Positions 1 through 10,566 of a stretch of DNA of 64,000 nt are shown here, one piece after another. Position 1 is the stretch's first letter. Every line of letters starts with the position of its first letter. The translations under genes were made by a program, and so were the position numbers. Under the pieces are notes generated by a model. That model was not told the DNA's origin. It worked only from the letters and a program-made list of their open reading frames with translations, and did not search any database. This DNA is from Octopus sinensis. Lineage: Eukaryota. The stretch spans positions 34,100,001-34,164,000 of the forward strand of contig NC_042998.1 of assembly GCF_006345805.1 (NCBI RefSeq), in the 5' to 3' direction.

Positions 1-149
1 AACAATTATTAGTACATAAGCACATGCATGATATCAAGCGTCCTCAATTGGTAAAAGCACAAAACTGGTGCCTGCTCGGATATTATATCCCTAACAAGAA
101 AAATTTTTTAGAAGAAATTTTTTGTAAACAGGTTTATACATACATATAT

Positions 150-550
150 GGGCATAGGAGTGGCTGTGTGGTAAGTAGCTTGCTTACCAACCACATAGTT
201 CCGGGTTCAGTCCCACTGAGTGGCACCTTGGGCAAGTGTCTTCTACTATAGTCTTGGGCCAACCAAAGCTTATTGAGTGCATTTAGTAGATGGAAACTGA
301 AAGAAGCCCATTGTATATATATATATATATGTGTGTGTGTGTATGTGTTTGTGTATCTGTTTGTCCCCCCAACATTGCTTGACAACCAAAGCTGGTGTGT
401 TTATGTCCCCGTAACTTAGCAGTTCAGCAAAACAGACCGATAGAATAAGTACTAGGCTTACAAAGAATAAGTCCCGGGGTCGATTTGCTTGACTAAAGGC
501 TGTGCTCCAGCATGGCTGGAACAAGTAAAAGAGTAAAAGAATAAAAGAAT
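150..550 (+). mobile_element. tRNA-derived SINE, family A (full length)
   Basis: A-box-like ggctgtgtggtaag, B-box-like gggttcagtccc, accttgggcaagt motif, internal (TA)/(TG) tract, tail ccagcatggc...aacaagtaaaaga; more than 12 copies in the window. Confidence 0.85.
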
Positions 551-970
551 ATGTAATGTGCGTGTGTGCGCGTGCGCACATTTAAAATCTTTTTCTTCTG
601 ATGTGATGGATAAGCCATCGTATTTAAATTAATTATGTGAGTTAATTTTGTACTTACAAAATTGAAGATGTTTTACCTCATTGAAACTGCTGTCAAAAAC
701 AAATTACGCATCATACAAAATTAATGCTTTTCTGTTGTTTGTTATGAAATGGATGGGAAAGAGAGTGGGGCCAGCTTGGAGACGATTCCAATGATTGCTC
801 CCGAATGGGCACTGATGCTGCTGAAGCCCTGCATTAAGAAAACACTCAGGTTCAAATAGATTAATGATAAAAGACAATCCATCCATGACATCTTTGTAGA
901 GGTATTTAAGATTACATTATATAATATGCATAATTAAATCTCAGAATGAGATTGAAACAGTAATCGCTCA

Positions 971-1268
971 ATAATGTAAAGTATAGAAGCCATCTTATCA
1001 TGGCTAACCACATTGGGGAGGGGGTTGTTACTGTAGCTTTATACAATTGCCGCCCGTTGACGAGGGACAAACATCCCGAAACTAGTTCGAGCGTATCACT
1101 CAGGCTTGCGAGGAAGGGATGGCCTCTCTTTGCAAACACTCCAAAGACACAGATATTGTGTTTAGAGCCAGCTAGAGACGAAGATCTCTTGGGGCTAAAA
1201 AGCTACAGTAACAACCCCCTCCCCAATGTGGTTAGCCATGATAAGATGGTTTCTATACTTTACATTAT
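971..1268. mobile_element. Foldback element with 70-bp inverted arms and a hammerhead-containing loop (Penelope-like derivative)
   Basis: 971-1040 is the reverse complement of 1198-1268 (1 mismatch); the loop holds a hammerhead motif. Confidence 0.75.
1051..1093 (+). ncRNA. Minimal type-I hammerhead ribozyme motif (C3 changed to U in this copy)
   Basis: cgcccg TTGACGA ggga-caaaca-tccc GAAAC ta GTT cgagcg; stem I 5/6 pairs, stem II 4 bp, palindromic AACTAGTT stem III. Confidence 0.65.
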
Positions 1269-1863
1269 ATAATATGTTTTCCTTTTTTCCTTATTTACAG
1301 TAGAAGGCACGATTTGAGGAAGATTTAGCTGTTATATCTCACACCTTCGACAACCATTTAGAGGTTTCCTCACTGGTTTGTTTAATTGTAATAATCATTA
1401 TATTTGAGATCATTCTTGTGCACACTAATAACATTTCAATATTCTCTGACTCCTACAACATTTATGACCCCACTGTTAGAAGCAGAGGTCGTGTGGCTGA
1501 TGAATTATTTATATGATGATCAAATCCAATTCTAGTTTCTGATTCAAACAGTTATCTCATAATTGTTTTCCTATAATTTATCAATATTATCACCATATGT
1601 CGTACCAAGATTGTAAATTTATTTCATTATTTCAGAGCTGGTACCATAGATAATGAGGGTTATCTGAGGTGAGGATATTGCTCAGCGTGTGCGAAAGTAC
1701 CTCAGACAATGAAGGTTATCTCAACTTTGGTTATTGCTCACTAAAAATTATTTCAGACTTGGATTATTTTTAAATTTAGCAATCCTAGCAATTATTTATA
1801 CTTAAAATTATAAATCTTCAAAAAGGACAATATAAAATTCTGAAAAATGTTAATCATACATGC

Positions 1864-2305
1864 AGGCATGGGTGTGTAGTAGGAAATTTGTTTCCTAGTC
1901 ACACAGTTCCAGGTTCCAGGTTCAACTCCATGCATGACACCTAGGGCAAGTGTCTTTTACTATAGCATCAGGTTAACCAAAGCTTTGTGAGTGGACTTAG
2001 TAAGTGGAAACTAAAAGAAGCATGTTATATATTTATACATACACACACACACACACCTATATATGTTGTGCTTTTATGTCTGTATTTGTTGCCCACACAC
2101 ACGCACACATACTACCACCCAATGGGCAACTGATGTTGGTTTGTTTATGTCCCTGTTACTTAGTGGTCTGGTTGAAGAGACCAGTAGAATAAGTACCAGG
2201 CTTTAAAAAATGTACTGGGGTTGATTTGTTTGACTGAAGGCTCCTCGAGATGGTGCCCCAGCATGGCCACAGTCTAATGATCGAAACAAGAAAATGACAA
2301 AAGAC
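1864..2305 (+). mobile_element. SINE family A (diverged)
   Basis: Same head, microsatellite and tail layout as 150-550. Confidence 0.8.
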
Positions 2306-2461
2306 AAAAATGAGTGAGTTTTGAAAATCAATGGGAAAATTTATTAAAAACATCTTAAAATATTTAGTATCAAAAACAAAGCTTGAATATTATAAAACTG
2401 AAGAAACAGAGTCTGAAGTATATTTGAAAATATACACACACAATATCACATCGTCGGTTCT

Positions 2462-2826
2462 GAGGATTAGGGTTCCAGTTGATCCAATCAATGGAACAGC
2501 CTGCTTGTGAAATTAACGTGCAAGTGGCCAAGCACTCCACAGACACATGTACCCTTAACGTAGTTCTCGGGGAGATTCAGCATGTCACAGAGTGTAACAA
2601 GGCTGGGCCCTTTGAAAATACAAGTACAACAGAAACAGGAAGAAAGAGTGAGAGAAAGTTGTGGTGAAAGAGTACAGCAGGAGTTGCCACCACCCCCTGT
2701 CAGAGCCAGGTGGAGCTCTAGGTGTTTTTGCTCAATAAACACTCACAACGCCCGGTATGGGAATCGAAACCGCGATCCTACGACTGCAAGTCTGCTGCCC
2801 CAACCACTGGGCCATTGCACCTCCAC
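2462..2826 (-). mobile_element. tRNA-derived SINE, family E (tail type 1)
   Basis: Minus strand starts gtggaggtgcaatggcccagtggttgggg with B box gtttcgattccc; homologous to 3243-3605. Confidence 0.8.
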
Positions 2827-2865
2827 ATATTTATATACACAAACACACACATACACATACATATA

Positions 2866-3160
2866 TCATCATCATCATCATTGTTTAACGTCTGTTTTCC
2901 ATGCTGGCATGGGTTGGACGGTTCAACTGGGTGTCTGGGAAGCTAGGAAGCTGCACCAGGATCCAGTCTGATCTGGCAAAGTTTCTACAGCTGGATGCCC
3001 TTCCTAATGCCAACCACTCTGAGAGTATAGTGGGTGCTTTTTATGTGCCACCGGCACAAGGGCCAGAGGGAGCTGGCATCAACCACGTTTGGATGGTACT
3101 TTTTACGTGCCACCAGCATGGGACACAGAGGACGCTGGCATCAACCATGTTTGGATGGTA
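2866..3160 (-). mobile_element. RTE LINE 3' UTR fragment with (GAT)n tail
   Basis: ctggatgcccttcctaatgccaaccactc motif shared with the ORF-bearing RTE copy at 62063-62955. Confidence 0.8.
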
Positions 3161-3161
3161 T

Positions 3162-3208
<47 letters not shown>

Positions 3209-3242
3209 ATGTGTGTGTGTGTGGAGTTCTGTTGGTTATGAT

Positions 3243-3605
3243 GATGAGGGTTCCAGTTGATCCGATTAAAGGAACAGCCTGCTCATGAAATTACTGTGCA
3301 AGTGGCTGAGCACTCCACAGACACGTGTACCCTTGACGTAGTTCTTGGTGGGGAGATTCAGCGTGACACAGAGTGTGACAAAGCCACCCCTTTGAAATAC
3401 AGGTACAACAGAAACAGGAAGAAAGAGTGAGAGAAAGTTGAGGTGAAAGAGTACAGCAGGGTTCACCACCAGCCCTTGCTGGAGCCTCATTGAGCTTTAG
3501 GTGTTTTTGCTCAATAAACATTCACAATGCCTGGTCTGGGAATCAAAACCGCAATCCTACAACTGCGAGTCTGCTGCCCTAACCACTGGGCCATTGTGCC
3601 TCCAC
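3243..3605 (-). mobile_element. SINE family E (tail type 1)
   Basis: Second copy of 2462-2826. Confidence 0.8.
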
Positions 3606-4317
3606 AATATCACATATATGTTGATTATTTCTATTTCCATTTATAATTTTTATATTTCTATTTAATTTTTGTCTTCCTTAAGCATTTTTTAAAAATATAT
3701 CTCTCGAAAAAAATATGAATTGTCATTATATTTTATTCAACCTATAAAAGTATTCAAAACTAGTAAATTATCAAAGGAAATTATGCACATCATATTGGCT
3801 ATTCTATTGAACTAGTGGAAAATTATTCTGTTAAGAAGGACATTTCCATACAAGACCTCTTTGAAAATTTTTCTTTGTGAAATCATATTCTTCATATCAT
3901 CCACTACTTTTACTGATTGGCTTTTTAGTAACCATGAATATATCAATAGTAATAATCGTACCGAAAAAAAATATAATTTCTAATCTTTTTTTATTTATTA
4001 TTTTCATTTTTTTTAGCAAATATATTCATTTCGTTTTTCTGATTTTGTAGTAAGATCTGAGAAACAGATATTAATATCATATTTGGTAAGTTCATATTTT
4101 CCATATGTTGTTTTTTATATTTATCAAAATTATAAACTTCACATTTTACCTCTGGTAATCATGTGTTGATACAACTGAGCAAATACTTGTAACTGCATGT
4201 GTGTGTATGTTAATATCTATCTCTCTTCTGCCTTCTCTCTCTCACTCTCTCTCTCTCGCTTTCTCTTTATATATATATATCTATATATATATATATATAT
4301 AATACCAACATACTTTT

Positions 4318-4490
4318 TTCTCTCTCTGTTTAGTTTCTTCCACTCTCCATCATCCCTTTCTGACAAAGAGCACAGACTCAAAACATCAAAGACTTCATTC
4401 TTCCCAAGCATCAAACAAATACACCTGCTTGTTGTTCCTCACGTGTGTTCATCTTTTGTTTTCTGTAAATTTGAACAATATATATATACA
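4318..4490 (+). mobile_element. Short dispersed repeat K carrying a decayed hammerhead core (4356-4391)
   Basis: cttt CTGACAA a gagc-acag-actc AAAAC ATC aaag; homologues at 51578-51730 and 53425-53585. Confidence 0.65.
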
Positions 4491-4897
4491 TATAAATAAT
4501 ATACATATGTAACATATGGTATAATTATAAACAGGGCAAATTTTAGTCATTTCTCCACAGACTGAAAAAAATTATGAACAACCATAATTGATTTTCAAAC
4601 CTTATTGAGTTCTCATCAGAAGCATCTACATCATTCTGACAGTCTCCAGAGAAGCAAGCAGCCAAACAGTTTATACACTCAACAAATGCAGCAGTTACTC
4701 TATGAAGGAGTCCCTAATTTGCATACCTAAAGTGTTTAACACTCTATAAATACCAGTGGCCTGTCAATGGGGATCTTAGTCCACACAGTATCAAGGTATG
4801 ATATAATATACATGTCACATTTGTTGCCTCTTATGATGTGCAGGCACATGGTATACTAATTCTAAAAATAAGAATTATATATATATATATATATATA

Positions 4898-5230
4898 TCA
4901 TCATCATCATCGTTTAACACCCACTTTCCATGCTGGCATGGGTTGGACAGTTTAACTGAGAACTGGCAAGCTGGGAGGCTGCACCAGGCTCCAATCTGAT
5001 CTGGCAAGGCTTCTACAGCTAGATACCCCTCCTAATGTCAACCACTCTGAGAGTATATTGGGTGCTTTTTACATACCACCAGCATGGGAGCCAGTCAGAG
5101 GGCACTGGCATCAACCATGTTCTGATGGTGCATTTTACAAGCCACTGGTATGGAAGTCAATCAGGTGGCACTAATTTTGATGTTACTTGACTCAACAGGT
5201 CTTCTCTAGCATGTCATATTGCCCTATAGA
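4898..5230 (-). mobile_element. RTE LINE 3' UTR fragment
   Basis: (ATC)n then gtttaac...ccatgctggcatgggttggac on plus strand. Confidence 0.8.
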
Positions 5231-5756
5231 CAAAGAACATGTTGCCTTCACTTTAACTTCTAAGCTGAAGTGAAGGCAGCATGTTCTTTGTCTATCTCCT
5301 TACCTTCTTGGAGATTTTCGGTAAAATTATACTAATGTGTCCATCTGTTTTAATTTAATTAAATTCCATGACTTTATGCAGCTGAGGATTGCTCTGCATT
5401 TAAATTGATGTAATGATTGCATTGTTCAATTAAATGGAGTTGTATGAAGCGATCGTACTGTATTACCTCTGGATACACTTGTTGCTTATTTTGATTTTAA
5501 TCACCTTATTTTGGAATTGTATGGATAATACCATACTAAATTCTGGTGCCTCAACTTAAGTACCATATTTATCTGAATCTAAATTTTTGCTGAACTCGTA
5601 TATATATATATATATATATATCATCATCATCATAATCCTGAACATTTAATGTTCACTCTTCTATGCTGGCATAAGTTGTATGGGTTTCCTGGGGTTGTAG
5701 TTTACTGGCAGATGCCTTTCTTTTTATTAACCTTCTTGTTGCCTTTTATGATGTGC

Positions 5757-6004
5757 AGGTACATCATCATTATCATCATTTAATGTCTGTTTTCCATGCT
5801 GGCATGGGTCGGATGGTTCGACTGGGCTTTGGGAAGCCAGGTGGCTGCACCAGGCTCCAGTCTGATCTGGTAGTGTTTCTACAGCTGGATGCCCTTCCTA
5901 TATGCCAACCACAGCGAGAGTGTAGTGGGTACTTTTTTTTATGTGCTACCGGCACAGAGGGAGCTGGCATCGACCATGATCGGATGGTGCTTTTTACGTG
6001 CCAC

Positions 6005-6010
<6 letters not shown>
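5757..6010 (-). mobile_element. RTE LINE 3' UTR fragment
   Basis: Same 3' UTR motifs. Confidence 0.8.
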
Positions 6011-6060
<50 letters not shown>

Positions 6061-6061
<1 letters not shown>

Positions 6062-6429
6062 GGAGATGTACTTGCATAGCAAGTGACCTGATCTGAGATT
6101 GTGTGCTGGAACGAAAACAATTGCAGCAAGGAAAGTGTTTATAAGCCATTTAAAAAACACACAAAATCCGTTAGATTCACTTCAACATTTAAATTTAATT
6201 TGCCAAAATATTTTCGTCACTTTGAGACCATGACCTGTTCACTGACAAAATTCCGTGCTGCACGGAATTTTGTCAGTGAACGTGCAGCACAGAATTTTGT
6301 CAGTGAACAGGTCATGGTCTCAAAGTGACGAAAATATTTTGGCAAATTAAATTTAAATGTTGAAGTGAATCTAACGGATTTTGTGTGTTTCTTAAATGGC
6401 TTATAAACACCTTCCTTGCTGCGATTGTT

Positions 6430-6430
<1 letters not shown>
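6061..6430. mobile_element. Palindromic (foldback) MITE-like element, TA-flanked end
   Basis: 6117-6270 is a near-perfect reverse complement of about 6280-6430; the complete terminus ...tgcaagtacatctccg|ta is seen in the second copy at 41036. Confidence 0.75.
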
Positions 6431-6480
<50 letters not shown>

Positions 6481-6655
6481 CCGTTGTGTCTGGGGAGAGT
6501 AATTTTCTTTTTGTGCCTTATAATGTAACACACTCACCAGTAAAATTTCCACTTATTTCTTATTTTTATTTTCCTAAAATTTTCGTTGCGTCTTGCAACC
6601 TTTTCAATAGTCTTGACTATTGAAAAGGTTGCAAGACATAACGAAAATTTAATGT
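6481..6655 (+). repeat. Dispersed ~150-bp repeat J with a local inverted duplication
   Basis: gttgtgtctggggagagt...caatagtcttgact; hairpin 6580-6655; other copies at 7607, 15398, 53590. Confidence 0.75.
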
Positions 6656-7169
6656 TCAAATGTCTGCTAAAAAAATGCAATGTTTGATGCAAAATGGAAA
6701 CAGAGCTGCTTTGCCTTAGGAAGCTTTTCATCATTCCTTAGCAATCTGATTTTTTGAGTATTGTTGCCTGCTGTTTGTTAACCATAACTCTCTACAGATC
6801 TGTCCATTTTGCAATTTCTATAAGGATCTTGTGTTTCCACATGTATCTGCCTTCTTCCACTGCTTCAGGGCATCCAGCAAAAATGTGGTTTACACTGCTT
6901 GCACGATGATTCTTCTTTGTTCCAGCTTTAAAGGTTATTAGAGGTTGTCAAACATCAACATTAGCACACAAGAGGAAGGATGATTTTTTTCTGGTCAGTA
7001 TTTCAGAGCTCCCTCCAAAACATCTGTACCAATTGGTGCTATATTTACCAAGCCCTTGTCATCTTGGTAGACTACCCCCAACATTCCCCTGGTGCTGCAG
7101 TATTTTTCCATTTCTCTTACAACTTTATGGATTTTCAAATTCCTGCTTCTTCCCTTTATTGCCATATTC

Positions 7170-7606
7170 AAGACTCAAGAGATTAAGACTCTATTCCTTA
7201 GAGCATAGGCGAGAAAGATATATGCCATAATATACATCTGGAAGATCCTGGAAGGACTTGTCCCAAACTTTGGCATTGAGAATTACACAAATACTAGAAC
7301 TGGGCACCACTGCATAGTGCCAAGGACTCCAAATTTGCCATCAAGATGTAGGACAAGATACTGCGATAGCCTGGGCTTCAGAGGTCCACAGCTCTTCAAT
7401 ATCCTCCCGAATGCAGATGTCTTCAAAATAAAGCTGGACCTCTTCCTGTCAGGTGTCCCAGATGAACCAACTTCATGGCAGGAGGTGCAGATAAGGGCAG
7501 CTGCATCAAACTCTCTCATGCACCAAATGTCAATTGCTAAAAAACATTCGTGAAGTAAAATCATGTAGCAACACCGAATGGTGGTGCCCCAGCATGGCCA
7601 CAGCTC
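7170..7606 (+). mobile_element. CR1-clade LINE, 5'-truncated (ORF2 C-terminus and 3' UTR)
   Basis: Frameshifted translation RLKRLRLYSLEHRRERY..IIYIWKILEGLVPN..SLGFRGPQLFNILP..FKIKLDLFLSGVPDEP; tail gtgccccagcatggccacagctc. Confidence 0.8.
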
Positions 7607-7686
7607 AGAAAAGGTTGCAAGAGGCAACGAAAATTTTAGGAAAATAAAAATAAGAAATAAGTGGAAATTTTATCGGTGAGTGTGTA
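7607..7686 (-). repeat. Repeat J fragment inserted in the CR1 tail
   Basis: Reverse complement of about 6530-6605. Confidence 0.75.
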
Positions 7687-8969
7687 AACTAGATGAAATG
7701 AAATATTGGTATGCCTGACTTACACTTCCTCAGATAGCAGCAATGTACTAACAGCTGCTTTAGTAGCTGTGAATTCGTCCAGAACTGATGAAATTAGTGA
7801 GTGAAGCTTAGTGGTTTTGCTGTATTGGTCAACCAATCTGAAAGTTGAGGGAACAGCCAACCACTTTTACACAAATTTACAGCACAGTCTCTCCATTGTC
7901 TTCATCTGGGCCATGGGGAAGTCATAAAGTCAATGCAGTGTGGCTTAAAACATGTGATCTTTGCATATTACAAAAGATTGAATTCTAAAACCAAAGCATG
8001 GGGCTAACTCATCTCAACCTTTCTTTATGCCATGAAATTTCTATTAAAGAACTCGGAAAGAGATCCATATATTAGCCACATGAAACTTTTGTAGAAGGAT
8101 ACTGCCTGTCATATGAACGATTAGTCACTTTTCTGGGGTTTTTTTCCCTTTTGGTAGAGGAATGCAGTCCTTTGCCATAGAAAGCATATTGTGAGAATCA
8201 CTGGTATGGATTAATATATATGTAAATGTATAGATGCATAAATATATAGATATAAGGCATTTATATCTGTATACATCTATGCATATATAAATATATAAGG
8301 ACACATAAATATTTATGTACACACACACACATTTCTAGTTGTTTTATAGCTTTTATATGTTTCATCTATTTTCTGTCTTGGGGCTTTCGTAGTTTAAAAT
8401 TTGTCCAAGTCCAAATGTTGTCTGAATAAAATAATTTTATTTATTCTCTTTCGCCAACATAAATCAATAAACGAATTTATAAGCCGTTCCTTTTAGTCTT
8501 TTATTTTGTCTCCAGTGTATGGTATTTAAATTTACATAGAAAGATGGTGAGTGTCATATAGTAAATATAAAACAATTATCGTATATTGATAATTTTTTTT
8601 AGCTATAAAGATACACAAGTTGTTGTTTAGCTTCAGGTGAGCCCTGATCAATTATTTTTGCCAGGACCCTCTTGTCTTTGTTTATGCAACCAGTGTATTT
8701 AATATTTATATTGTTCAATGAATTTTTCATTCTTGCACATAATTGATAGGAGTTTAAGGAAGATTTAGCAGCTGTTTCTATCAGGGCAAGCAACTACTCA
8801 GAGGCTTTAATTTAGGGTTTTTGTTTTCCAACTGAGGCACCCATGTATCTGCTCTATAGTAAAGTACTTTTCTCTGTCCCCTCTCTACCTTAAATCTCTC
8901 AAATGGCACAAATCCACACACCCTCAACACTACTCCTCACACCAAGTTGAGATGTTCTTCTCTTGCGAG

Positions 8970-9245
8970 GTATTTGGTGATCCTGTCAGTGTTGGTGCCA
9001 CATAAAAAACACTAGTGATGGTGTCACGTAAAAAGCACTGGGGCTAGTGCTATGTACAAAGCACCCAGTACACTATAAGGTGGTTGGTGTTAGAAAGGGC
9101 ATCCAGCTGTATAAACCATACCAAAACAGGCAATAGAATGCAGCTCCTGGCCTTTTCAATTCCTGTCAAACCATCCAACCCATGCCAGCATGGAAAACAG
9201 ACATTAAATGATGATGGTGATGATGATGATGATGATGATGATGTT
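8970..9245 (+). mobile_element. RTE LINE 3' UTR fragment
   Basis: ggtgttagaaagggcatccagctgta...ccatgccagcatggaaaacagacattaaat(GAT)n. Confidence 0.8.
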
Positions 9246-9255
9246 GATGAGGATA

Positions 9256-9626
9256 CTCTCTTTACTTGTTTCAGTCATTTGACTGTGGCCATGCTAGAGC
9301 ACTGCCTTTAGTTGAGCACATTGACCCCAGGACTTATTCTTTGTAAGCCTAGTACTTATTCTATCGGTCTCTTTTGCCGAACTGCTAAGTTACGGGGACG
9401 TAAACACACCAGCATCAGTTGTCAAGCAATGTTGGGGGGACAAACACACACACATATATATATACATACAACGGGCTTCTTTCAGTTTCTGTCTACCAAA
9501 TCCACTCACAAGGCTTTGGTTGGTCTGAGGATATAGTAGAAGACACTTGCCCAAGGTGCCATGCAGTAGGACTGAACTTGGAACCATGCAGTTCATAAGC
9601 AAGATACTTACCACACAGCCACTCCT
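9256..9626 (-). mobile_element. SINE family A (full length)
   Basis: Reverse complement of head, microsatellite and tail. Confidence 0.85.
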
Positions 9627-9876
9627 TGATGATAGTTGCAAATTTATTTGTAGAGATGAAGGTCAAAACCAGCTCATGCTCATTTTACTCAGATACTACC
9701 TGTTACTCTAAGATGTTAATTGATGAAAATTTCAAAGAAATTCTTATGAATAATTTCAACTAATTTCTCCATCACAGCATTTTGCCACAGATCCACTGAG
9801 TGAAAAAGGTCTAAACTCATGTTTTAAAGTTTTTTATTGTAAAACTCTTCATTCAAAGTGAATGTGAAAGCTTCTA

Positions 9877-10566
9877 TAAGGGTGAGTCAAAAAGTAATGC
9901 CATTTTCTTTATTTCATGTGAAGTTTTTGATAAAGATAACTGAAAATTTTCCCAGTTACAAATGATTATATCATTTACGTTCTGAAATATTTTGTTCCTT
10001 ACTTTTCAGGTTTTTAAGACTGGTGAGGAAAATACAAAATGGCTGCCCCCTTAGAGTTATTTCAAAAACAAAGAGCAGTGATTGAATTTCTTGTTGCTGA
10101 TGGGGAAACCCCCGTGAACATTCACTGACGATTACAAAATGTCTTTGAGGACAATACTTTAGATTATAGAATAATACTTTAGATTATGCAGGTGGGTCCA
10201 TCATCTGAAAGAGGAAAAGGTGGGAACTGTGAGTGTAGCCGATAAACCCTGTTCTGGCTGGCCGGCTGCTTCTGTGAATCCTACCAATAAAGCAAAAGCA
10301 GACGCTCTGATCAGAGAAGACAGGCGAATAACTCTTGATGAGTTGACGGAAAACCTTGAAGTGAGCCATGGAAGTGCTTACAACATTGTTGAATAACTTG
10401 GCTTTTCAAAAGTGTGTGATCGTTGGGTACCGAGAGAGCTGACTACACTGCACTGAACTTCTCGAACAAAGAGGGTTTGAGAGGCAAACATTATTCCAGT
10501 GACGAGGAAGTGAAAACTGTAGTGAAGAAGTGGCTCAAAGAACACTCAACAAAATTTGACAGTGCA
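9877..10566 (+). mobile_element. Mariner transposon, decayed and internally deleted
   Basis: TA + TAAGGGTGAGTCAAAAAGTAATGCC TIR-like end; ATG at 10039: MAAPLELFQKQRAVIEFL...DRRITLDEL...KVCDRWVPREL then C-terminal GKHYSSDEEVKTVVKKWL; stops and frameshifts. Confidence 0.85.

Noticed and set aside
1641-1684. Selenoprotein-like UxxC (TGA-GGA-TAT-TGC) reading
   Set aside because: Very short frame, no SECIS identified, and the duplicate has TTT at that codon in a different frame.
4700-4760. Octamer (ATTTGCAT) plus TATA box as a promoter
   Set aside because: Both motifs are expected by chance in AT-rich DNA and no downstream gene is evident.
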